Below, in pieces: positions 10,254-24,200 of a stretch of DNA of 56,902 nt. The notes beneath the pieces are model-generated. The model saw only the letters and a program-made list of their open reading frames with translations, was not told where the DNA came from and did no database searches. The stretch is from Sphaeroforma arctica JP610 (taxonomy: Eukaryota): assembly GCF_001186125.1 (NCBI RefSeq), contig NW_014040293.1:10407-67308 (forward strand), in the 5' to 3' direction. The first letter of the stretch is position 1; each line of letters starts with the position of its first letter. The position numbers and the translations under genes were made by a program.

Positions 10254-10643
10254 TGTCACAGAATCAGGAATTCAGAAATCAAGATCACTCGTTTCTTTTT
10301 CAGTTTGTCATCTCGTTTATGTTGTCACACTACTGATTACTTTGATTTACAGAAACAGTTTTTAATATTTCGCTCAACACAGCAGGCCCCAGGTGGGCCC
10401 CAGCTAAATAGTTTTATTTGGTGAAAATGTCAATGGTGATACTCCAGCAACCCGTTTAAAAAATATGTAGAATGATCACTCAATACTCGCGAGATACGCA
10501 AAACAGCGCAGGTGGCTCTGCTCGTGTCGTTAGACCCACCTCAACTGATAATAGTTTATTTTAAAATACTCATCCTGCAGAGAGAACCATTTCTGTTACC
10601 CTCGGAAGTCAAACTTCGTTTCAAATGTGTAAGGTGGCAAAAG

Positions 10644-11524
10644 TTATAAGTCCGTACCAGGCATATAAAACGCACCAGCGAAATCAGCCACTCGGTCTGA
10701 AAGCTCTGCAATACGTCCTGTAAACCTCTCATCGGAGTCCACAGCCTTCTTGAAATCAATAATTTTCTTGCCCTCAATCGACTTCTTGATCTCAATGCCC
10801 AACGTGATTGCCTCGTGCAGGAACTTACCTACCTGCTCGAAGTCCTGCTCTACCATATTTCGACTGGTCAGAGCGGGTGCACCTGTCGTGGTTTTGATGA
10901 TAAAGTTTTGAGAATAGAAACATGAGCACAGAAAATGTATATCGCGTTCAGTGAACAACACATGGAATAGATGTGACTTCGTTGGTGTATTGTGATACAA
11001 CACAGAAACAACTGAAACCTTGGAAATAAATATTAAACCGCATCCTCCCGCACAGAGTGAAAACAATTCAACTCACGGTGTACTAATCATCCTGGCAATA
11101 AGGCGCGAATATGTATGCTCGTACCTAGACGTACACCACCGGGCACGAGCGCGGATGTGTCTCCCTTGCATGTGTTCTTGTTGACTGTGATGTGCATTCG
11201 GTCGAGCAGGTACTCGGCACGTGCGCCATCGAAGCCAGCTGGACGGAGGTTCACCAGACACATGTGGTTGTCTGTGCCATTGGACACCAACTCGTACCCC
11301 TCAGACATCAGATACTTCGCAAGGGTTTGAGCGTTACTAACCACCTGTAGAAATGACCAACAGCAACCGTACGGTGAGTAAAATAGTGATATATAGAAAG
11401 TTTGTCAGGCAATATATATATATATATATATATATATTATACATATGTGTGTGTGTGTGTATGTGTGTGTGTGTGTTACATACATATATATTTATATATA
11501 TATATATATATATGTTGTATATAA

Positions 11525-11578
<54 letters not shown>

Positions 11579-13698
11579 TATATAATATAAATATACTATA
11601 TATACAATATATATATATATATATATATATATCCCTCCTGCGAATTTAAAGAAGAACAGAACCAACATACCTGTTTCTGATACTGAACGAACTCGGGCGT
11701 CGCTGCATCCTTCAAGCAAGTAGCGACAGCTCCGATCTGATGATTATGAGGCCCACCTTGTAACATAGGAAAGACAGAGCTGTACGTCGTGTACCGGCGA
11801 TGTCAGGATATAGTACGGTTTTTAGTAACATGAACATAACATTCACCGGCATTTAGCTTCAAAGTATACATGAATTAGACATCAGATTTATGCTGACAAC
11901 AACGAGCCCTACACCGATATGGCCCTCGGAACTTAATCGTACTATTGCTTAGAAGACCAATATTGAAGAGCGTGACAAATCGCTTGTTCTACAGGGTGGC
12001 TAGTTTTGATAACACCGTCATTGAATAGTATACTCCGAACAACCAACTCAAGGCCGTTAGTGTACACTCGCACGTAGTATCAAGGGTAACTAGCAAGGAA
12101 CCTCTCATTCTATCCGCAAGAATAACACGGATCAAATAAATACAGAATCGAGCCGCACTTACAAATTGATCTTGTCCTCGATGTCGTACATGGTCTCTAC
12201 ACCCTTCTTACTAACACTGCGCACACCCTTGCGGAAGAAAATCAATCCTGAGCGCGGTCCACGGAGTGTTTTGTGTGTTGTGGTGGTAACCACATCACTG
12301 TGATCGAAGGGAGAGGGTCCAATACCGGCAGCTACCAGACCACTGTGGGAAGGATCGAGGTAAATATGTTAATTTATTAGTTTAGATCAACCACAATGGA
12401 CAGACTGTTCCGTATAGTCCGTGTCTAGTTTTAGTTCACGTGTGACTATACTGCAAAGACAAGCGTATGTACATGTTGCAGAGCTAGACATCAGGGAAGA
12501 TCGCTCAAGATGCACACAGAGCAATACATCCAGCACATTGTAGTTCTTTAGTCATACAAGGATTTATGAGAAGACTGCCATCTGAGTAGCGAAGATACAC
12601 TACAACAAGATTGGTTATAGATGTGGTGGAGAAAAGACGTCTCAACGCAGAATACCTAAAAATATACCTGCCATGATTCTATCGCCTACAGGTATAGGTA
12701 TGAATTGCTGACACGAACACACTAGCAGTTCCAAAATGAAGCAATCCAAGTGGATCGTTTATCTTCGTTCGGTAGACATACGAACATCTTGTCAAAATTG
12801 CTTTCAAGGTACACTAGTATGACAATTGTATTCGTTACCATTCAGTAGTGGCTACACACCTGATATGAGCCATATCAGTCAACAACCAAGATCCATTGAT
12901 CTCGGCTATCTTGCGCATACGTTCGTAGTCCCAGTGGCGGCAGTAAGCAGATGCACCTGCAATGATCAATTTGGGCCGGAATGTCCGCGCAGACTTCTCT
13001 AACCCATCGTAATCTACATAACCGTCCTCTTTTATGTCATAGGGCAGACTTTCAAAGTACACAGAAGTTGCCGAAATCTTCTTCTTGGCAGTGTAGTAAC
13101 CGTGTGTGAGATGACCTGTCCGTTCAAAATTGTACATATAAACGATGCTATCATTCTCGTGTCTAACAGTATACACAACTATAGTTTACGTCGGCACTGG
13201 ACGTCCGGCACAAGGCAGTCGTACCACCAGACTTGGCAGCGTCTGGAATACAATCACAAAAAGACGCCTGACCCTAGTTCGAATGCAAACTTGATGCTGA
13301 TTTCATAGCTTCAGAATGTTCACTTGGAGATTATGTGCCGGGTTCTAGGCTTTAGAAACAATTTCTTACTTGAAAAAATACATCGATCAGGAAGCTACAA
13401 AACATCACAAACATGTCGATCGGATGATTCGCAGCCAGCATCAACTATCAGTTCTCAAAATAGAAACAAACTTGCCTCCCGATGGTAAATCCAGCCCCAT
13501 TAACCGATCATGTGGGTTCAGCAGGGCAGTATAAGCTGCAAAATTCGCCGGCGAACCAGACAATGGCTGCACATTCACTCCCCACTTCTCCGGATCCAAA
13601 TGAAACGCCTTCAGAGCTCTCTCAATACATAGATTTTCCACCTGTTACAAATTAGAACAAATTAGCTCAAATATATCTGGAGAAATCGACTTGTAGTG

Positions 13699-13747
<49 letters not shown>

Positions 13748-13791
13748 ATATGTATGTANNNNNNNNNNNNNNNNNNNNATATATATACGTA

Positions 13792-13861
<70 letters not shown>

Positions 13862-15680
13862 CTGTGTCTGTGTGTGTATGTGCGTGTGTGTGTCTGTGTG
13901 CGTGTGTGTGTTAGTGTGTATGTGTGTGTGTGTGTGTGTGTGGATGTATATACTAATATATGTATTATTTTAGAATCCGAAATATTCACAGAGTGGACAA
14001 ATACCCGTGCGTTGCAGTAAAAGAACAGCAAGGCAGACGCAAATAGTATATCGATATTGCACAGTGCGACAACTATGCGACAGATAGTACGAAACAACCA
14101 CAACCTCCGGGCAAAAATTTAGCATCCAACCTGAATGCACCCAATACTGAAACCGGCGAGATAGCCCATATGCGCAGCATAATATGACACTCCGAAGGAC
14201 TGATGGAACTTACCAATGTATAGTGTACACATGTCATGACAACAGACGACAGGCGAAATAAGAGGGAAGATGATGGCTCAGTGTATTTTATTCACGTAAG
14301 ATATGCCGAGACCTATAGTAAAAATTTAACAGATAAAAAGCACTAAGCAACGGAAGTGTACACACATGCAAGTCACAGTAGCCAGTGTGCCTGTGTTACT
14401 AACCTGATCGATGAACTCATTGCCACCATAGTAACGGGCACCTGGCAACCCCTCAGAGTATTTGTTAGTAAGGCAGGATCCCAGCACTTGGGAAACAGCC
14501 GCCGAAGTGAAGTTCTCCGATGCAATCAGTTCTAGACCCCTCGTCTACCAGAGATTCATTCAGCAGTATTCAAATAAAATATAAGCATCATGGTGCAACA
14601 GAAGACATCAAAACGGAGTTTTGGACAAAAAAATTCAACTGAGGTATGGAAAACACTCTTATTGAACGATTGGTAGAAAGAAACTCGCTGAGATATTGAG
14701 GTACTTTTCTTCGATATGCGCGCCAGCGTGCCCTTCTTGCACATATACAGCTAGGTGGGCGCGAAGAAAATATATTTACTGGCGCAAGGCCATTAGTATT
14801 AGGACAAATATATACACTTGGTTTGAACCTGTGAGAGAAAGTTTGGACACCAAAAAGAAACTGGAACTGTAGTGCGACAATGAAGCACGTAACTGTAGCT
14901 CTGTGTATATTTTCAAGGATAATAGCTTTCCCATAATTGTTTGTGCTTCACATGTACAAGCAGACTTCGTACGAATCTAAAAAAAGGTATCAAATCCTAT
15001 CAAGATACTCGCTAAAAGTAAACGTATGTAGAATATTAGATTGCCCCTCAACGAGCATGATGCAGCCATTGTGCTAGAGCAGGCATAGTGTAGCTTCCGA
15101 ATCATACACGCAAACTATGAGAGAAAATCGCCAAGAGGGGCCAGTACCAATGGTTAACGGTATTGCTCCAATGACGATTGACCTCACTTGTATGGTATGT
15201 AATAGTATAAACCGAACAAGCCCACACGTTGTAAGAAAGCTGATCAACTTTTACGAACTAGACCTCCCCTCTGTGAAGGACAAGGCCAGTAAACTCACGT
15301 TGCAGACATAACATACTCTCAATCCACACGCCCCGTTATGATACACTCGCAGAAAGAGTTGGCCAACAGACATCTACAAGACATGGCGAATGAGACAACC
15401 ACCAGAAATGGCACTATAACCCCAAACACTCGCCTCTTAGATTGGAATATATGGCAGTTAATCTAAAAAATGTCATTCAAACGCGTATACATACCTGCCG
15501 CCTCTTCTCACTCTGGATAAGACTGTAAATCTCCGGATCAGCGCTTGAAATATGAGGTTGCGTAGAGCTCACATAAGCCTCACTCATCTGCGTTTCGCTG
15601 GAGAAATTGCGGTGCAACGTGGGCGCTAGTAGCTGACATCGCGTCAAGGCTCCGCGAAGTGGAATACCCCTTTGCATCAT
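10644..15680 (-). CDS. SHMT2: Serine hydroxymethyltransferase, mitochondrial type (8 exons)
   Basis: Exons 15680-15495, 14544-14404, 13641-13476, 13115-12860, 12342-12163, 11779-11671, 11344-11125, 10882-10644. Motifs [65 protein letters not shown] (PLP lysine), QGGPHNH and GTDNH. Arg/Leu-rich, acid-free N-terminal presequence. Confidence 0.95.
11411..11632. repeat. (TA)n/(TG)n microsatellite in SHMT intron
   Basis: Direct reading. Confidence 0.9.
13696..13965. repeat. (TG)n/(TA)n microsatellite with a short N gap, in SHMT intron
   Basis: Direct reading. Confidence 0.9.
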
Positions 15681-16018
15681 GCTGTATGTTGTATATATGT
15701 ACGTAGAAACAATCACAACCTTCCAAGTACAGTAAAATTTTGATTTTTCGGCTAGCTATGTATAGACAGCCAACAAGGGTATGTACTCAACCCAGCCGAG
15801 GGCATATGATTATAAATAAATGATAGGCAAGAAGTATCTATGTGGATTGTGGTAGCTGTCTGTAGCAATCTGATGATACCCAGAGGCAAGAGCGCCATAG
15901 CTTAGTTGCTGTCACTTCGACAATGTCATTGACTCAGTGGCGACAAATGACACCAACTAGCACAAGTCGCCGAGTTTTCATTGGATGACAGGATGTACTT
16001 TTTTTTCAGATTCGAGTA

Positions 16019-16608
16019 TATATGAACATATATGAAAAATGGATGGGAATCTCGGAACTAATATGGATTGTGTCCATTGACAGTCGAGCCAGCAGCCCCC
16101 AGTCGCATAGAGTCAGCAATAATAATAGCAACATAATTCAGTAATCAGCAAGTATGGTAATGACGAACTTCCAAGGGCTTTTATTTAGTGCGTGTGAAAG
16201 TGCACTGCTGTAGTCATATATATGGACATTTATGAAAAATGGATGGGAATCTCGGAACTAATATGAATTGTAGTCAGTGGAACCTCCATTGTCAGTCGGG
16301 CCTGCAGCCCACAAAGTCGCATAGTGTCAGCAACAATAATAGCAACAGAATTTAGCAATCAGCAAGTATGGTTTTGACGAACTTCCGAGGGCTTTTATTT
16401 AGTGCGTGTGAAAGTGCACTGATGTAGTCTTATATATGGATACATATGAGAAATGGATGGGAATCTCGGGTCTGTGGAACCTCCATTGACTGTCGGGCCA
16501 GCAGGCCACAGTCGCATAGAGTCTGCAATAATAATAGCAACAGAATTTGGCAAGGACGAACTTCCGAGGGCTTTTATTTAGTGCGTGTGAAAGTGCACTG
16601 ATGTAGTC
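16019..16608. repeat. Three imperfect ~180-215 bp tandem direct repeats
   Basis: Shared blocks aaatggatgggaatctcgg, gtcgcatag..cagcaataataatagcaaca and gacgaacttcc..gggcttttatttagtgcgtgtgaaagtgcactg at ~16030, ~16230 and ~16445. Confidence 0.85.
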
Positions 16609-17187
16609 TGATAAGGCGTTTAACGACTGATAATGCTATGATTTTCTTTGACCTTGGTTCTTACACTCTGGTTTGAGGTGGGAAAAAACGCCTCGCGATC
16701 TCGGTTTTCTATCAGTACAAATACACCAATAGTTCTAGCCTTAGTTTTATACCCTAAGCATATTATCATCAATGATAATCGGCAGGTGTGACTGACATAC
16801 TTTGAGGTCAGTGTGCTTGTTGAAAGTCCAACGGTGCCTAACGACCGACAGTATGTACTGCACTCTTTGACCTTGGTGCTTCAACTCTGGATTCGAGATG
16901 CATAAGAAGCGCTTCACGATCTTAGTACAGTATTAGTGTGAAAAATGTGACCGATGTACTTTGAGGAAAGTATGTAGAAGGTGCACTGAAGTAGACCACT
17001 CAAAACTTCAACGAACGACATCGTGGGTACTTCCACTTTGGAGTCATGAGTAAAGAATATACATCACGTGTATTCCAATAGTTATAGGTGAGGAGCGCAC
17101 CTTCCGGGCAACGTTTTCAGTTAATACTTGTCCAACTTCGGAATAGTTCTCTAATATATTCTGTAATTTTAATTTTCAACATATGCT

Positions 17188-18072
17188 CTATATATTGACG
17201 TTTTGGTATTTGTATTTCTTTTTCGCGGGAGGTGCACGGTAGACTATGTCTGTTCGGATGATGATCTTTTCGCCCTTAAGCAAGCGAGACCCTTCGTGAA
17301 AGGGGTTACTATGGCAACCCTTATGATTTCCATGTGGGAAAATCAGTACATCGCCTTCTTGGGGTGCCACGTGGCCCGCAATCATCAGTTGGTCACGTGT
17401 ACTCTCATCCGCCAGTGTGAACCCAGTCCCCGCTATTAAAGCTGGGTCGACTTTCTCGAAAAACGTAGTATTACCCCCTTCGAAACCATCGTTCAGATAC
17501 AACAACATAGAATATGCTGAAAAACGCAGCAACCTTCCGTGTTCTGGGCCTTTGAGCTCAGCATGTTGTGTGAAGCTGCGGTCATAGTGGGGTGCAGACG
17601 AGTCATTCTTTTTGTAGTGGTAGCATCGCAGGAAGTTAGATATCTCTTCACCCTCACACTCTAACGCACCTTTGTGTGTGGGTCCAGCTAGAAGAGGAAG
17701 CACGTGCCTGATGCGTGCACATAGACCTCGCAGTGCCTTTTGAGCAACCCGTGCTGGTAGATGGTGTTGGGATGACCGTCGAGGCTTCGATTTCAGAAGA
17801 TAAGATGCGTGTAAGTCCATTACCGCCTTCCGTAAGGGCGCGCATTCTTCTTTGCTTAATACATTGCGAATAATAAATGCCCCCTCTACACCTTCCACTA
17901 TCTCTGCCGTAACTTGTGTATTACCTATGTTCACTTCACGGCCATGTTGCGAGCGAGATGCATCTACCGTCTCTAAAGGCGTTTCGCTGGTGTGCGACGT
18001 ACTGTGTACATCGTATAAACTGACGTCGAGGTTATCGAGTGCCTCTAAGCATTCCTCGAAGACAGTATCCAT
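17188..18072 (-). CDS. 2-oxoglutarate/Fe(II)-dependent oxygenase, prolyl 4-hydroxylase-like; single exon
   Basis: ATG at 18072 (MDTVFEE). Motifs FIIRNVLSKEEC, LRCYHY..APHYD (HxD), YSMLLYLNDGFEGGNTTF, PQEGDVLIFPH and HEG...GEKIIIRTDIVY (distal His and 2OG-binding K/R). Confidence 0.85.
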   Translation of the reverse strand: MDTVFEECLEALDNLDVSLYDVHSTSHTSETPLETVDASRSQHGREVNIGNTQVTAEIVEGVEGAFIIRNVLSKEECAPLRKAVMDLHASYLLKSKPRRSSQHHLPARVAQKALRGLCARIRHVLPLLAGPTHKGALECEGEEISNFLRCYHYKKNDSSAPHYDRSFTQHAELKGPEHGRLLRFSAYSMLLYLNDGFEGGNTTFFEKVDPALIAGTGFTLADESTRDQLMIAGHVAPQEGDVLIFPHGNHKGCHSNPFHEGSRLLKGEKIIIRTDIVYRAPPAKKKYKYQNVNI

Positions 18073-19749
18073 ATTTTTTGAATGGCAGTTTAAAAGTTCT
18101 TTCACACGCACGTTAATTGCTACTCCGGATAACAAGAGTCAGGTTGCTGTGGACGCTACAATACAGTCTTTGACTCTTTCTCTCTCTATAGTAGTGTTAC
18201 GGAAGGAAAGCAAACCTAAATACAGATTTTCGAGTATGTTGAATTATGAATAACGATATCTCCATCCGCGTACAACACCCACAAATACACCGTTGCACGA
18301 CAGATCTTGATCTTTGCAGCAGCGCAGTAATATTATAAATACAATATTATCTCATATTCGCATCTCTTTCCTGCGCGTGATTGACATACGGACACAGAGC
18401 GAACCGAGCCCACCGCGAGAGTCCGAGAGGGACCGATATACGGCTGATCGTTGACTAGTTGTATGTATTTTATTTTGATTTCATGGGCAGAGAGCCAGAG
18501 ACTCCAAGGAGAGTAGAGTGAGAGAAGAATGGGGAAGAATTTTTTTAAATAAATAAATACTACTTTTTTTTCTTCACCAATTTTTGTCCACAATACTTTT
18601 TCAAAACAAAATACCCGATTTGAAGGAAGTCGCAGACTCAAAGACTCAGTCCCAAGAGTCGAACACTAGTAGAGAAGTCCGACTCAAAGAGTTGGAGGAC
18701 TATTGCCCTCAAACCTCAGACTCTCAGTCGAGAGTAGTCAGACAAGTGAGTGGACTGAAGAGACTCTCTCTTGTCGCTGGGGCGGCAATTTCAAAACATA
18801 TAATATTATAAAAATTTATTTAAAAAAAAGTACATATTTTTAAAGGGCTATTTATTTTACTTGTGGGCTCTGGTCTGTTTTTTTTTGTTTTTTTTTAGGA
18901 GGCTACGAGACTCGAGGGCAGTTATTTTTTTTCGAAAACCTTTTATTTAGCACCGTATCCGGTATTTGTGTAAATACTGTAGTACTGGTGAGTACTGACA
19001 AAAGTTATTAGACACATCCTAAGATTTTTACTATACTCTAATACATTGAGAGGTACGAAGCCAGTCTATCGGTACCTGTGACAGAGACATGAGAAGCCAT
19101 ATGGATGTTCCCTATAGCGCACAACTGGAAGCTTGACGACCTGCTTATATTGTACTAGGTTTGCACCGTCTGTTACAGGTATATAGCTGTGGTCGTTTTA
19201 GTGTAGGTGTTCTAGCGAGGTAGGCGAGAACCCTACTAATAGTTTTCTTAAACTACATTGACGCAGTCTTGTTGTTAAGGCGCATATGTTACTTCAGAAG
19301 TACAGGAATCAAGTGTAAGTGTATATACTAATCACTGTTATGAATACACACCCATTTGGACAGCTTGGTGCATGTGTCTATTTTTATTTCGTCGGTTCTC
19401 TGATATTAACTTGTTCGAGACCGCATGAGCAGATCATGCGCACGCACTGCATTGCAGATTAAATATCGTGCGCTCCTACTGTTTACGGAGGACAAACAAA
19501 GTACTCTCGCTCACACTAGGTCAGGATATATTGAATTATCTATGTTCAGCACTGTGTACTCAATATGTCGTTATTAATAGCAGTAAGTGTGCATCTTAAT
19601 TTATCTATGAATATACATTTGAGTTTGTGGGTAAACTTAGGAATACCGACCACTGTGTGTAGGCACAACTACTATCGTATGATATATCAAATGTTTGAAA
19701 ACATATATAGATATCGTATGCATGTACATAGTTAAAATATTTACTAAGG

Positions 19750-19811
19750 TGAGTGTGTTTGTGGGTATTTATATATATGTGTATGTGTACGTACTTATAT
19801 GTATGTATATT

Positions 19812-19850
<39 letters not shown>

Positions 19851-19995
19851 ACGTACTTATATGTATGTATTTATATATATGTGTGTGTGTTTGTGTATGT
19901 ATGTATATATATATATATATATATATACATGCGTGTGTGTTTGTGTGTATATAAATATATATGTGTGTGTGTACGTACTTATATGTATGTATATT

Positions 19996-20035
<40 letters not shown>

Positions 20036-21100
20036 TGTATGTATGTATGTATGTATATATATATACGTATATATGTATGTATGTATATATATACATGCGT
20101 GTGTGTTTGTTTGTGTGTGTGTGTGTGCGTGTTTGTGTATAAATATGTGTGTGTGTGTGTGTAAATATGTGTGTGCGTGTTTCTATATACATACACATAC
20201 ATGTACGTGTGTGTGTTTTTAGGTACATAGTCACATATGGAACTGTTTGTGTGTAAGTACATGTATGTGTAATGTATTATGTTATGTATATCTATGTATA
20301 TATAATATTTTAAAATTCCGATGTATATACATATATGTGTGTATGCGTATATGTATATATATATATATATATATACATATTTATATATATATATATAAAT
20401 ATATATTGGATGTTTAGGTTCATGTATTTGATATATATATATATATAAGTGCGTGTCTTCGGGTGTATGTGTGTGAATGCCCATTTATATATATATATAT
20501 AGATTTGGAAATGACGAAGATGTCCTAACATATATACTTACATTTATAAACTATATTCTTCTATAGAATCATGAATATATATATAAATGTGTGTGTGTAT
20601 GTGTATATATATGCATACGCATATGCATTTGTATATATACTATGTTATTGTCTTTTTTTTACTATTATTGTCAGAATTTTTATAAATACATTGTTATGTC
20701 ATCTTGCATGTGTCGTTTTCTTTAATTGCGGTCAATGTGTATTGATGTCTCTATCTGTGTCTGGGATAGTGTTTGATGGTGAGTGTCTAAATACATCCTC
20801 ATTTTTATTTTTGTTCGTTTACTAAAGTATATTCGGTAGCAACATCATGATAAATTTTAATTCTTTATACATACACGTTTTGGGGTTCAGACGTGTAACA
20901 TAACTTTAGTATACATATGTATGTATGTATTTATGTATTTATGTATATATATGAGTGTGTGTGTGTGTATATATATGTAATGTGTATGTATGTATACGTA
21001 TACTTATAGTATATATTTATATATACATATACATACCATGTATATTTATATATATATATACATACATATACACATGTATATATATATACATATATATATA
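19750..21100. repeat. Long compound TA/TG/TATG microsatellite region
   Basis: Direct reading; the overlapping ORFs are repeat artefacts. Confidence 0.9.
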
Positions 21101-21285
21101 GATCGTTTGTGAGCAGTACTCTAGGTGCTCCTATTGACTTTTTGATAAGCCCTTTCGTTCTTCCCGCATTACTTCGTCTACATTGCGGTCTTGACTTGAG
21201 TTTTTCTTACCAATTTATCTTGGCTTCTGGATAATCCTATACTCATGAAGTGCACTGATGATCTTTTACAGGGTGACCTGAGAGC

Positions 21286-24200
21286 ATGACCGACTTTGTT
21301 ATCGCTGAGATGAGCTCGAGAAAGCTGAAGAATGCGGATGACTCAGACATCCATCTGAGACTGTATGTATTTGTGTCATATGAGTAGTTTCACTAGGTTT
21401 TGTTGTACCTCATGCCTTCACTGATAGCCATATTTACTTCTGTGGCACTTCTTATATACGAAGCGTCTGCGGATCGTGCCAGTGGCGTACTGATGTATTT
21501 GGACTGTGCAATGTTTTCGTGATTTGAATGTGTGCCGCTCATTCGCGACTAATGGTCGTTTTGGAAACGCTGGGACTGACTGCCTTAAGTCTGGTTTTGT
21601 GTGTCCTGCGGTCAATGTCGGGCTAACTGTATGCTCTCCTCAGAGGACATTTTCCTTCTTATTGGGAGCACTTTTAGACTTCAGGAGGAATGAGTGGATT
21701 ATATTACAATATGATTTCGAAGGCCCGATGAATTTTTGAAGATTAACGGACAGATGCACATGCGTGCATTGTGTTTACGTAGAGTATACGCGTTTCTATA
21801 TACGGTCTTGTCATGAATCTCACTGAAAAGGGGCAGTCTGTTTGCTCTGGAGCTTTCCACGATACTGAAGATTATCGATTTATCTACCACCGATTGTATG
21901 GACTCATTCTCCGAAATTTAGCATACGCCGCGGGTCGTTTTACTGTATTGTGGAGTCGCACAAGTGGTTCGTGTTTTACAGCCTTACTGGTGAGAGAACC
22001 CACCTTAATATGATATATCCGATCCATCTCTCTCCAGGAATAAAATTACTCAGCAGAAGTTGGTGGAAGTTGAGTGGGCATATCTCGAAGCCCTTGTTCG
22101 AGAACTAAATATTAATAGGAAAAATGTTCAAAAGGTATTGCAAATTAGGCAGAGACAAGCCTCGTCATGAACTTTTGAACAGGAATCGTATTTCAGCTTG
22201 CTTGTACATGATTCGCATCGTTTTTGATTGATATTCTGGCTAAAAATCGCTTTTTTTTTCTTCTTCTTTTTTTTTCAATATTCGGCTTGTATCACGCGTG
22301 TACAAGCGGTATCAGAATGCATACCTGACTTACTCTTGAAAGTATATAGACGCATAAACCCTATCTATATGGATGATCATCTGTGTACATTCGTGTATAT
22401 ATATATTTTTATTTATATAGATATATATATATATATATATAAATTTTTTTTATTATCTTTGTAATCGTATTAATTGTGCTCATCGTATAAATGCATTTAC
22501 ATTGTGTATATCCATGCATTTAGGTATGTTAATGCATACACAACTGCATATATCATTCATCTACGTGTTTCGAATGCCATCATGTTTGTTAAAAACTATC
22601 AATAGGCTCTACACTCTCGATCTATAAGTAAGATTATAGCGCACGCTTATAGTTTGACATGGAGCTCTACTCACTTCTCTCGCGTAATACGAGACACGTA
22701 CACCCGCCTATACGCCGTATTTTATTGGATATCACGTTTTTTATCTCTTTCAGTCTTGCTATATCATGAAATCTTTGACTCGATGGTGTATTTGCTGAAT
22801 ATGGACGCGCACGCACAGGTAGCCTGAAATATCGTTGTGCAAGCAGTACCGTCGGGTTCCATGCAGTGTATATGACTCATACAGTCAGATGTGAGAGTGT
22901 GACCATTAATCTATCGCAACCTCTTCATTTCACAGTCGGAAATGCTCGTTACCAATTGGAATGCCGCCATAGATAAAATATCATACAGGTTACCCCCCAC
23001 AGGCAGGATAGAGGCCAAAGTTGGGACGACCAAGAAATTCGACTTCACAGGTGTACATTCGATCATAAAAGTGATAGTCACACTCAAACCCTTTGCCCTC
23101 GATGACTGTACCGAAGGCAGTGACCAATTCTTCAACACGCACGAGTTTGTGCGGACGGATTCGAGCCAACATAACCGACAGGAAAGTACAAGCGTCTCTA
23201 GTAAGCGTAACAGCTGCGAGGGAAGCAATGGACGTGCGGAACGCCCGCTGAGCAGGCAACAGACGCCCAACAAACTACAGCAGAGCCAAACAACGCCAAG
23301 CAATAATGGCACGCCAGCTCAGCAACAAGACGTGAAGCTGGATGGGTACCAATACCCCCTAAACCATCCCAGCTACCAACAACACTTGATCACACAGGTG
23401 CAGCAGGTACAGCCACGGCTGATGAGTCAGTCGACCAGTACATCCAACATACACCAGCGCACGCCACGCCAAGACACGGCTTTGTCGGCTACACCACAAT
23501 TCGCCTCATCACAGCATCAGCATCAGCAGCAACAGTATAACAATAATCAAAACAGTCTGCAGCTGCAAACGGAGCCTGTGCGACGCACTTCGGCCGATAA
23601 CCTCTACCATGGCAATCACAGCCCCACTACGACGCCACTGCCGAGCATGCGACCACACAATGTGGTGAAACCCACCGACAGTGTGCTCTCCACGCGCAGT
23701 TACAGTGGTACCGGGAACACACAGCATGCTGATGGCATGTCCGGTGGGGATGGTCGAGGGATGGGTATGGAGGCCATTATGAGCTCGTCGCCTGGGACAT
23801 TCCAGGTGCAAAGGAATCCCAGTGTGCCGCTTTGGAGCAATAATATGCGAGAAGAGGCTGAGAGGAACGAGTCCCAGTTCGAGGTACTCCAGGGATCTAA
23901 ACCAGCCTCCCCCGATATGTCGGGCATGGGCAGCATCATGTCAACCACGCATGACCGCATACACACGTCCAACCCTATTCCCAGTGTTGTGCGCATGAGT
24001 GTCAATGACTACGCGCCTGGCGGCGACTTTACGTCACCCAAGAGCCCGCACAAACAACCGCTATCGCCAATCAATAGTATCATGCGATCAGTCGCAGAAC
24101 AACCCGTGCATCAACAGCACCAGCAACAACATCAGCAACAACATCATCATCACCAGCAACAGCAACAGCAGGCACACAGCGGACGCCAACCGGGAAGTAA

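Noticed and set aside
19088..19160. Possible upstream coding exon of the SH2 gene
   Set aside because: All frames hit stops before a usable donor; at most a 5' UTR exon.
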